From Vicugna vicugna (Eukaryota): a DNA stretch of 64,000 nucleotides. Location: the NCBI GenBank assembly GCA_013265495.1, contig MU058059.1, forward strand, positions 2,953,502-3,017,501. The letters are read 5' to 3'. Of the stretch, positions 39,507 through 49,900 are shown one piece after another. The notes under the pieces are model-generated. The model was not told where the DNA came from. It worked only from the letters and a program-made list of their open reading frames with translations, and did no database searches. Numbering within the stretch: position 1 is the stretch's first letter; each line of letters begins with the position of its first letter. A program made the position numbers and the translations under genes.

Positions 39507-42500
39507 CCATTTCCCCTGTGTGCTGGCTCCAGCCGCCTCCACCGACCTACCGAGGGAGTCTGACCCCTTCGGTAGATCCGTACACCCCTTCGGCTCCAGA
39601 GAGTGCCTTTCTTTTGGAAACTGCGCTGGTCTCGGCGGCAGGCCTGGCCGTGCACGGGTGCCGAGTAGACATGACGCGTGCTCCAGCCGTGCGTTACAGT
39701 CCCTGGCGCGCGGGTGGTTTCTTTCTTTAAGGAGCAGGAAGACTGTTGGGACGTTTTCTCAGTCCTCAGGTCACCAATGAATCGGACACTTCCTACGGTT
39801 TATCACTGAGTCTTGCTTCTTTAACTGACCTGGGTTAAAGTTCAAGGAGACAGGAGGATGGTTCTGGTTTATAATCAGACTTGTGGGGAACTGAGGGTAG
39901 GGGGTGGATACAGTACAAGGTTTTCAGAAATCAAGGCAATCTGAGGGCTCTTTGGGATCTTCCACCTGGATAAAGGGTGCAGATGAGCAGTTACAACCCA
40001 GTGCAGAGCCCTTGGGGAAGGCCCGGGTTCCCTAATTTCTCCGCTCAGCTTTTGGGGGAGGGCCCTTAGGAAAGATGGCCTGCAGTTCCCTGGTCTGCGT
40101 TGGAGATGAAAGTCTCCGGGACCGGGCAGGTGACTCTGCTCCTCGGCCTCCTCCTTGCCGGGGCCTCGCCAGACGTCGTTTCCCATGGGAGTACAGTCAG
40201 GACGTTGGTCACAGCAGGGGATCCTGCCTGTCCCTGGGCCGTCCCAGGCTGGAGGGGGTTCCCTTGTGGCTGGTGACATTCTCTTCCACGGTGTCTGGCT
40301 GTCCTCAGGCACGAAGGTGTATTTCCCTGCCTCGTGGCAGAGACTGGGTCGTGCAGGTGATCTTGACTGCACACAGGACAAATGCTGGCTCTGCAGTTAA
40401 TGCGGGGGCTGGCGGTCTTCCTGTTTTAGGCTTGTCACGCCCCGTCTGACCCGTTTATGGAGCACTGACGGTCTGTCTGCACCGACGCATAGTCTAGCTC
40501 ACTCAAGCTCCAGCCCTGCACGTGAGCAGCAAAGCCCCCTCCGGGTATCTGGACACGCAGATTTTTTTTTTAAGTCTGCATTTATCAAAACCTGAAAAGG
40601 TGCTTTTAACTGTTCTGCTTTGGAGAGTTCTCAGCAGCTGGGCTGTTGAACATGCCAACTTCTGGTGGACAGGAGGATTCAGTATTTACTGAAGCGATGA
40701 ATGAATCAACAAATACGTATGCGTCTCCCTTAGTGTTAGGACTAGACAGTGTGTGCCTTTCACAGCCCACCTACTCTGTGGGCCCTTTAAATCTCTGTTG
40801 TTAACCCAGCAGCAGTGGTAACCCGTGCTGCTCAGCTGGGTGGGGCAGACACTCAACTTAATTTCCGGTTCATCACAGAAGCCCTTGTTAACGTCTGACT
40901 GATCCCAAACCAACGAACTCTTTAATGTGACAAGTTCTTGGAGCATAAAGACCATGCTTTCTTCCCAGGGACACTTATATATATTACTCTCCTGATGTGC
41001 GAAATGGGGGAAAAAAGCAGTTCCTGGCTCCTTTCCCCAGTGGTAACTGAGTTTCAGACAAAGCAGAAAGTGGAGCCTGACCGCGTACTAGCCCCTCTGC
41101 TGTGTGCGATTCCGCTGCACCTTCACGTCAACTTCGGCTGAGTGAAGGTCCTGCTTTGGACATAAGGAGACAGCTTTCCAGGGCCCAGTGCTCAGGCCCT
41201 GGTGCCACATGCGGAAAGGGCAGGACTGGTCAGTTCCCGCTCAGCGGGTGGCGGTGAGGGTGTGCCTCCCTCAGAGGACGCACAGGCAGCCCCAGGGCTG
41301 CTTCCACGCAGCACTGGCTCACAGCTGGCCTCAGATTTTTCCTTCAGTCTTCCTGGTCACCCTGCTTTTCTTTCCTTCCGTGGGTATGTGGTGTGGGCAG
41401 GGGGAGTCTAGGCAGGGTGGAAGGAGAAAAGTTGGGCACACCCAAGGAGGTCTTCCTATGTCTTTCTACCCATGGTGAGCATGCAGCACGGAACAGCCAA
41501 GAATGAGCTGTGTCTCGGAGGCTGAGAGCTGTGTCTCCCTGACAGACCACTTGCGCACAAGTGATGGTCTGTCTGGAAGGGTTCACCGTCCCGCAGAGGG
41601 CTGACTGGGTGCAGAGGCTGGTGTGCTGGCTCTCGCTCCCTTGGCCTGCTGGCATGTGGCCATCACCCAGCAGGGCGCTGGAGTTGCATGATGAGAGAAG
41701 CCTTCACCAAAGTCTTTGTCCCCGTGACAGACTTTTGAAACTTAATAGCCAATCAGCAGAAATCGGCTGTTGTCGCCAATGACTGAATGTGACTAGTAAA
41801 ATATGGTGCAAGCCTGAATCCAGAGCTCACGGAGCCCCAGGGCGCCACTGTCCAGTTGGTCCAGAAAGTGCCTTCTTGGCCTTTAGCCGAGCAGTGTGGG
41901 CTTCTAGTAGCAGAGAGCCCGCTCCAGTGACCCTCCAGGATCCACTGTGTCCCAGCGAGCCTCGGGTTTCTGAATTTAATTCCCGGCTGTTAGAGCAGCT
42001 AAAGGGAGTGGGACTGACTAGAGGCTCTGAAGTTGTGTTTGCATGGGGAGAAGGGTGTGAGTAGCCCAGGTCTCAGGTCTGCAGGAACCAGTTCACACTA
42101 ACCAGCCATCTGAGCTTGGGATGTACTCTGCATCTCGACTTCTAAAGCATCCTCGTGCCTGTCACCTCGTGATGTCCTCATGTCCCTGTGATAGGCTGGG
42201 GGAGGGGAGGCGGGGAGGAGTGCCAGATTGCCCTGTCTCCGGTTCTCAGCAAATCCGTGGAGAGCCGGATGGCCTGGCTTCCTCATGCTTCTCACACCTG
42301 TGGTGACGCCAGCCCCTCTGATGAGGGAGGTCTGTGCCATGGAGGTGAGTGACAACGGGTAGAAGTAGCCATGGAGGCCTGTCCCCCTGCCCCTGGCCTC
42401 ACGAGGGGTCCAGGGTCTCTCGCTGGTCAGGTCGGACCCGCAGAGTAAGGCGGGGGCGTGCGCATTGCTTATGGCACTGGGTTTCATTCCGTTCACTCGT

Positions 42501-42770
42501 CTGCACTCATCCTCTGTACGATGGTGTCATGTGCACGCTGTTCAGGCTCCTCGTTGCCTTTGTTTCTGCGGCAAAGCCCCTCACGTAGGCCCTTGTCCCC
42601 CGTGGAGGCCCCGGCTCTGTCGTGGCCCCTCTCCACATGCCTCAACACACTGATGGAGAGATTGGTGTTTTGTGTTTGTGTGTCGGGGGCGAGGTGCGAG
42701 GGAAGTCGTCAAAAACAGGAACATTTGGTATTTTCAAATAACCCTCCTCCTGGCTGTTCTCTCCTGGCAG

Positions 42771-44030
42771 GATGACAGTGCCGATCTGAAGTGCCAGCTT
42801 CAGTTTGCCAAAGAGGAGGGCTCCCTGATGCTCAGGAAGATGGCTAAGCTGGGGCGGGAGAAGGACGGGCTGGAGCAGGAGCTGCAGAGGTACAGGGCCC
42901 TCTACGGGGACGTGGACAGCCCCCTGCCCACCGGCGAGGCGGGCGGGCCGCCCAGCACCCGGGAGGCCGAGCTGAAGCTGCGGCTGAAGCTGGTGGAGGA
43001 GGAGGCCAACATCCTGGGCCGGAAGATCGTCGAGCTGGAGGTGGAGAACAGGGGCCTCAAGGCGGAGATGGAGGACCTGCGGGGCCAGCACGAGCGGGAG
43101 GCGGCCAGCCGGGACCCTGTCTCCAGCATCCCTACCTCACCCTTCGGCGACTCCCCGGAGTCCTCCGCGGAGCTGCGCCGGCACCTGCAGTTCGTGGAGG
43201 AGGAGGCGGAGCTGCTGCGGCGGTCCATCTCCGAGATCGAGGACCACAACCGGCAGCTGACCCACGAGCTGAGCAAGTTCAAGTTCGAGCCGCGGCCAGA
43301 GCCGGAGCCGGCGTGGCTGGCGGCGGGCACGGGCGGTGGGGCGCCCCTGCAGGACGAGCTCCAGGCGGCCCGGCTGCAGATCCGCGAGCTGAGCGGGAAG
43401 GTGCTGCGGCTGCAGCAGGAGAACCGGGTGCTGCTGTCCAACCCCCCGCGCGGCGACAGTGACGCCGACAGCGACGTGGGCCGGAAGGAGAGCGACGGGG
43501 AGGACGGCCGCCCGCCCCAGCCCAGGCGCGAGGGCCCCATCGGTGGCGAGAGCGACTCGGAGGAGACCTTTGAGAAGACGTCGGGCTTCGGCAGCGGAAA
43601 GCCATCGGAGGCCGGAGAGGGCCCGGCGGAGCTGCTCAGGGCCCGGGAGGACTCTGAGTGCCTGACGAGCATCAGGCACGAGGCCGAGCGGCTGGAGCGG
43701 ACCGTGGAGCGCATCATCACCGACACCGAGGACCTTGCCGCCGTCTTGCCCGGGGCTGGCGTCCAGGGGGACGGGGAGAGGGGAGAGGGTGCCCAGACGG
43801 AGCCCCAGCTGCTGGGGACCCTCAACACCAGGATGAAGGCTTTCAGGAAAGAGCTCCAGGCCTTCCTGGAGCAGGTGGACCGGCTCGGGGACGGCCTGAG
43901 GGAGCGTCTGGAGGGCCTGTCCCCGCTGCCCCACCTCACGGAGTCGTCCAGCTTCCTGTCCACTGTGACCTCCGTGTCCCGGGACTCCCCCGTCGGGAAC
44001 CTGGGGAAGGAGCTGGGCCCTGACCTGCAG
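42771..44030 (+). CDS. MTCL1: MTCL1 large coding exon, 1260 nt (420 aa), SOGA-family coiled-coil region ([16 protein letters not shown]...GKELGPDLQ)
   Basis: Acceptor ttctctcctggcag| and donor CAG|gtaagg; open frame within ORF 42672..44129; strong GC3 bias; SOGA-family motifs [56 protein letters not shown] and [13 protein letters not shown]; the [14 protein letters not shown] and [14 protein letters not shown] segments are MTCL1-like. Confidence 0.96.
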
Positions 44031-44129
44031 GTAAGGGGGCTCCCGGCTCTGCCTCCCTGCTCCCTCCTGCTCCTGCTGGCTGGCCTGGCCGCGCTCCAGC
44101 TCCTCCTGCTCACGGCTGCTTGGCTGTGA
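44031..44129 (+). CDS. MTCL1: Candidate alternative C-terminus of MTCL1 by read-through of the exon donor ([32 protein letters not shown])
   Basis: The frame stays open 32 codons past the donor to TGA; 14 Leu codons, all CTC/CTG; no transcript evidence available. Confidence 0.4.
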   Translation, partial: VRGLPALPPCSLLLLLAGLAALQLLLLTAAWL

Positions 44130-44839
44130 TTGCAAACCCGCGTCGTGCTAAAGCCTCCGGTGTCAACCAAATCCTTTCTCTTGGTTGGGTTTCTCCTTTC
44201 TCTTGGTTTTGTTTTATTTGTTGGTTTAGTCCTTTCGTTCCCTGGTTTCCTCTCCCTATTCCTCTTATTTTTAAACCGCACAGCTGCTCTTGGCTTAGAG
44301 GTCCTCCCTCTTGCCACGAGGCTGATCCTGCTGGAAACGCTAGGGATGGACACAGGCCTCCCTTTTTTTTGGCATCCCAAACAACCAGCCCTCCCGATGA
44401 AGAAGCAGAGAGGAGTTTAAAACAAAGTCCACGGGCACTTCGCAGTCGGGATGCGTAGCAGACTCCTCGGGAGCGCGGGCGTCCCCACCTGCGTTCACTG
44501 CCCCAGGGACAGTCCAGCCCCGAAGGCAGAGGGAGCCCACCCGCCCACCCCCTCTGCGAGACGGACAGACTCTGGGAGAGGGACAGCCTGGACAGGGAGG
44601 AGCACGGCCAGAGAAGGATGTGAAAGCACCCGGAGCCAAGGGCGGCGACAGCGCGGCCTCCCGGGACTGCTCTCCTGCGCGGCGCCCTGGACCATGGCCT
44701 GGCCGCCCGACCTCAGCGAGGCGGCAGGAGCCTTGTTCCCGTATCCTTCCCGGTGGCCTGCCTGCGGGCGAGTCTGCCTCCGTGTCCCCATCGCACGCGC
44801 CTCGTCAAGCCTTCTGCATTCTCTCCCTCTGCTTTCCAG

Positions 44840-44947
44840 GTCCTTCTGCCTGTCCTCACGCTCGCCCTCACTTCGGTTCTGTTTTCTCTCTCTGTCGCTG
44901 CTGTGTTTGCGTTGCTGTCTCTGGTCATGCTGCTCTCTGTCCCGTAG
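44840..44947 (+). CDS. MTCL1: Candidate alternative exon encoding a hydrophobic C-terminal tail (VLLPVLTLALTSVLFSLSVAAVFALLSLVMLLSVP*)
   Basis: Strong acceptor ttctctccctctgctttccag|; phase 0 matches the donor at 44030; no purine at codon position 2 in 35 codons. Confidence 0.5.
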   Translation, partial: VLLPVLTLALTSVLFSLSVAAVFALLSLVMLLSVP

Positions 44948-45067
44948 TTTCCCAGCCGTCTGCCTTCCCCACCCCTCCTCCACCCTCTTGGTCCTTTGTG
45001 TTTTGTTTAAAATTTTTCAAAAAACAAAAACAACAAAACCCACAAATCCCTCCCGTGCACCTAACAG

Positions 45068-45223
45068 TCCAAACTGAGAGATCAGATGGAGTGGCAGCTC
45101 GGGCAGGAGCGAGGGGAGGAGCGGGGGCCTCTGCCTCCGCGAGCCGCACGGGAGCTGCACCGCCGAGCCGATGGGGACGCCGGGAGCTGCCGGCCCGGAG
45201 CCCAGAGCTGCTTCAGCCTAGAG
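45068..45223 (+). CDS. MTCL1: MTCL1 coding exon, 156 nt ([12 protein letters not shown]...AQSCFSLE)
   Basis: Acceptor ctaacag| and donor GAG|gtcagc; 52 codons in phase 0; matches recalled MTCL1 SRLKEQLEWQLG...[13 protein letters not shown]...CFSLE. Confidence 0.9.
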
Positions 45224-46799
45224 GTCAGCAGTGGTGGTCCCCCCGCTGCCCCCTCCCGCCCCTCCTCTGCTGTGTGTCTGTGTGATGGTTCCCACCTGAG
45301 TCCCAGGCCCCTTGGGAACGCGGCAGGGGGAGTGTGGAAGCAGGGGGGTGTCACTGCATGCACCTGACCTGGGGGTTCCCCAAGGGGTGACGGCAGGGAA
45401 ACCGGCTGTCTGGGGCCTGCGGGCGCCTGGGGATGTAGCAAAGCATCTGAGACTGATTCGAGAGCACTCTGTGGCTCCTTGTCAAACAGTAAGGAAAGCG
45501 GAGCTGAAACCCAAGCTTGTCCTCCCGGTGTCTCATGGGCCCACCCGGCATTTTCCCTTGATCGTCTCCAGCCATTGGGCAGAATCAAGGATGCTCTCCT
45601 GACTTGGGGGTGCTTCTGTAGTCGCTGTTGCCATAGCAACTCTCGTCCACAAAGCTCCCAGCCCCCACAGATACTCTGTTGTGGTAAACAGTTTTCCCTC
45701 TCCGTGCAAGTAATTCCACCCAGGACAGGACAGGTGTCCCCGAGGAGTGAGGCCGATGACCGCAGGGTTAGAGCAGCATGTTCTGTGTTAGAGAAGCTCT
45801 GGATGAAGGCTCTTCATTCATCAGTCCCAGTGGGGATATCACTGGTCAGTTCTGAGGCATCATAGCGGTTCCTAGATGGCAGGGGAGATGGAGAGAGGGG
45901 GTTGTCACATCTGGAAGCAAATGGAAGTTCACTTGGCAAAGAGTCAGGCGTTTGATCAGGAGAAGTGCGTGGAGGGCCTGTCGGTTCAGCTTGCGGCTTG
46001 CGCCCCAGTGAGGCTGCTGCCGCGCAGTCAGAGGACTCGGGTATGGGTCTCTCCAGCTGGGGTCTCCTCCCTGGTCCTGTAGGGGCTGGGCGGGTGGTGA
46101 TGTGAAGACCACCCCCAGAAAGCGTAAATGAAAGCAAGGCAGTTCAGGAACATCCCAGGCGGCCCCTGTCCTCGCATCACCTGGGCAGAGGCCGGGCCTG
46201 CCCGAGGAGGTGGCGTCCAGGCCCAGAGGGAAGTGACTGGCCCACAGCCAGGCGTGACAAGGGACTTGGCCTGTGAAGGGCTGAGCTCCCAGGAAACAGG
46301 CAGAATCCTGGCGTGCTGGCTGCATGGAGCCACCATGGGTGGTCCCCAGGCAGAGGGACCTCCCGGTTAGAAGCACGGAGGGCCCAGTGTAAGCACTTGT
46401 GACTTTTTAAGAGGTGTCTTCTGGACACGTCCAGCGTGCTGGCTGCAGGGTGTCGTCTCCCCGGAACAGCAGCCGTGTGCCCAGCAGGGCGGCCCCACAC
46501 GTCGGGGCATCCCACTTCCCCATGGACTCAGCCATGTGCTCTGACTGCACTGGACTACAGGCAGCCCCGGCCAGCCCGTGTCTCACACAGGCCCCTCGTC
46601 TGTGAAGGCCACTTGCTTGGGCAGCTGCAGGCTCACAGTTAGGTGCATTTCCAGTGAACCGGGTGATCCATCTCCAGGATGGAAACCGGGATGGAAACTT
46701 CAGGGAAACATGTTTCCCAGCCTTTGGTTGCCACTGTACCCACTGCTCTTTCTAGTGGGGACGGCATGCCGCGCGCTGGAATCCACCCCGGCAGAGGCA

Positions 46800-46930
46800 C
46801 TGGTGTCCCAGGCTCCAGCCCAGCTCTGCCTATTTCTAGCTGTTTCTCATGTAAGTCTCTGGGCCTTTGTTTTCTCGTCTGTACAATGGGAGTAAAAATA
46901 CTGCCTGGTTGCCTCACGTGGGTAATAAGC
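46800..46930 (+). mobile_element. MIR fragment
   Basis: cccagctctgcctatttctagctgt...tctctgggcctttgttttctcgtctgtacaatgggagtaaaaatactgcct. Confidence 0.65.
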
Positions 46931-49900
46931 GGTTGATTTTTGGAGCCAATGAGCTGTTGACTGAAAAGCATGAGACTGTGTCATCGTGACGTCTGGGAAA
47001 GGGGGTGACATCCTGCTGCTGAAGGCTGCCAGGTGGGGGATGTCCCAGCTCCTGCAGTCTGTGTGGCTTCACAACTATAAACGCGCAGTGAAGATGAACA
47101 AGAGCCGGCCAGTCAGGGCACATCAAATGACAGCACACACAAGCCCCAGGCAGGCCAGTCTGGGTCCCATCCTGCTCGCAGAGGACTGGCACCAAACGCT
47201 ACGGCTGGTGGCTGGGCCCCGGGGCCAGTTCTCTCTGCCCGCTGTGGCCTTCTCTCACTTTCCCCTGGCTGCTCCCTGATCCTGTCCCGGGAACGCGGCT
47301 CGTGGCGAACAGGGCAGTCCACTTCCCTCTGACACCCCGCTGAAGAGAACGTGCCCCTCCCTGTGCCGCACCACCCAGTGTGTCCCACGTGACTGTGTCC
47401 GGGGGACTCTGCGGAGTGCCAGCACCTCTCCGCCACCCGAGGCCCCGCCGGCTCCCTGGGCAGGGGTGTGTTCTCGCTCACCCAGACTGGTGGGCTTTGC
47501 GTCAGAGGCCGGCAGGGCTTTGGAGAGAGGAAGATGCTTTGCTGAGTCCACGTGGTGGGAAAGCCAACCTTTGAACAAGGCGAGTGAGCGCAGCTGGTTG
47601 TGCCTGTGGTACCTTAGGGTCCCCGAACATGACTGCTTGGAAGGGATCTTCAGCGGAGCCCCCTCATTCTGTGAGAGAGAAGAGAGGGTGTGAACCAGTG
47701 TCAGCCAGCCCCCCGCGGGCCGTGCTGGGCCGGGGTCCTGAGCAGTCTCACAACCTGGTCAGGCCCCCCCCCCCAGTGGGGAGTGCTGCCCTCCCCTCCC
47801 TGGGGACGTGTTCAGACCCCACCACTGGGCGGCTCCCTGTCTGGCCGGCCGTCTTGCCATGGGGTGTTTATTCTCTTAAGCATCTATCTGTTTTCCTTTA
47901 GTTGTATACACTTTAATGAGGGAGTGAAGAGTCTCAAAGACAAAGGCAGGGTCCAGGACCATCACTTCCTGGAAGGGAAAACAGAATTAATCAGGGGTTG
48001 TTTGTTCTGACTTTTTCTATTCACCAAGGTATTTCACACAGGAGAGAAAACTCAGTTATGTACGCAAACACCTACTATACTGTTTGAAAGACAACACACA
48101 TTCACGGACCACTCTGGTGGCTCTGCAGTTTTCCCTCTTAGAGAAGCTGAGCGTGGGTCCCGTCGGGGCTGGGTCTCGAGGGAGCAGCTGTGTCCGTCCC
48201 TGGGGTGCATGTCACCCTGACACACAGTTCAGTCTGCTCTTTAAATACTACGCTGGGTTACAGGATGGTACAGCAGACAGTTCTAGGGAGCAGAACTCTA
48301 AACCTTTTAATGAAAACCTCCCCCAATTCAATGCCCACAAAGGCCATGGTGGAGCCAGTGCACAGGCCCCACCAGGCGGCAGGGCGTCTGGCCAGAGGGG
48401 CCGCTCCCACTGCGGGCTGAGGGCTCATGCCACGTGGCTATGGAGCACCATGCAGCCACAGCGTGCCACTTGCCGGGGGTGGGGCGGCAAACACAGAGGT
48501 CTTCATCTAGAAGGAGTGAGACTGAGGCCGGGCATCCTCCCAGCTGCTTTCTTCACTCCCTCTTCCGTTGTCCTGGAAATAACTGCCACTCGTCTGCACG
48601 AGCCAGCTATGCCTGCACACGTGTGAACGTCCTCCGGCTCCTGGCCCATAGGTCCCTGGGGCTGGTGGCAGACCACCAGGGTCAGCAGCTTGAAAGTGGC
48701 GGCAGCCTTCTGAGTTTCAGCTGTTAAGTTTGGGAAATTTCTCAACTCTAAGTTTCCAAGTTCCATTTGTGAAGTGCCTTCTATGTTTTTGCCTGATAGA
48801 TGTTCACGTTTGGGGGAAAAGAGGAAAGAAGTTAAATGCTTACTTGGGACGCACTGGGTGCTTTGGCCGGGTTTAGGTACTGCCAGCACCAGCAGCAGGC
48901 AGTAGTAACAAGGTGGAAAAGGAAAGCCCCTTCTTAGCCTGTCAGCAGATAACAGATCTGTGTGTGGGAGACCTGCCACGTGGAATGGCCACGACCAGGG
49001 AGCTCAGGTCAGAACCCACCAGCCCACTAATGCAGCCACAGAATCCACCACTCGGAGGAAAAGGACGCAGCTGGCCTCCAGAAGGACCAGTGTTCCTGTT
49101 GCTTATTTGCCTCCGCAGACGTCGGCAAGATTCCCACCGGATTCTTCCCTGACCGCTCCCTGGGGCTCCCGGCGAAGCTGCTGAGAGATTCCCATTTGTC
49201 AGGAGAGCAGTGTACGAATATGTGGTTTGGAATGTGTGGGCACTAAAAATAGTTCCGAATGAGGGGTAGCCAAGTACAGGCACCGGCTGGGTTTCAGACA
49301 CACCCGGAGCCAAGCCTGTGCCCGAGGATTGGGTTTCCGGGTCAGGAGTCCCCCGGGGCCCTTCTCCGAAGCTCCCCTCCCGCGCTCCCCCCCGCAGGCC
49401 GCTGTGCCGCCGCTGTGCCATGCCCGCCGCGGTGAAGCGGCCCGGGGCTTCCCGCCAAGTGTGCGCCGAGCACAGGTGTCGACCTGGTGAGCCGCTTCTG
49501 AAAGAGGCCGGAGCTCACCAGAACAGGAGGTCACGGTGATGGAGGCTGACGAGAGTCCTACTAAGCTGGGGTCTAGGAAGGGGGTACAGTGAAAAGCGTT
49601 GCCTTTTGGGGGTTCGGTTTGGCTTCGTGTGCTGAGGCCATGCCGGTCTCCTCTAAGTGTGGAGTAATTCATAGGCCACCTTCTCTGAAGATGTCCGGAA
49701 GTCAGCTGTGTGCGTTGGTGTGGGACAGCCTCGAGGGGGAAAGCCTGGGCCATGGGTGTCACAGCAGTGACACCGGGACGGTGGTCGTGATGTCAGCTGA
49801 AGACGCGTGAGCTGCCCTCGTAGAGGGGACTAAAGTGCGCACGTGTGACGTGCCGTCAGGCCCGTAGCTGAAGGGCAGAGGACGGTTTTAGAGCTAACCT

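Noticed and set aside
42672..42770. N-terminal extension of the 485-aa ORF as a gene start
   Set aside because: Non-ATG start; the sequence is intronic, and homology begins exactly at the acceptor (42771).
42902..44380. Long antisense ORFs (492 aa and 332 aa) over the big exon
   Set aside because: Shadow frames caused by the GC3-rich codon usage of the sense exon; Ser/Arg or Leu/Gln low-complexity translations with no independent support.
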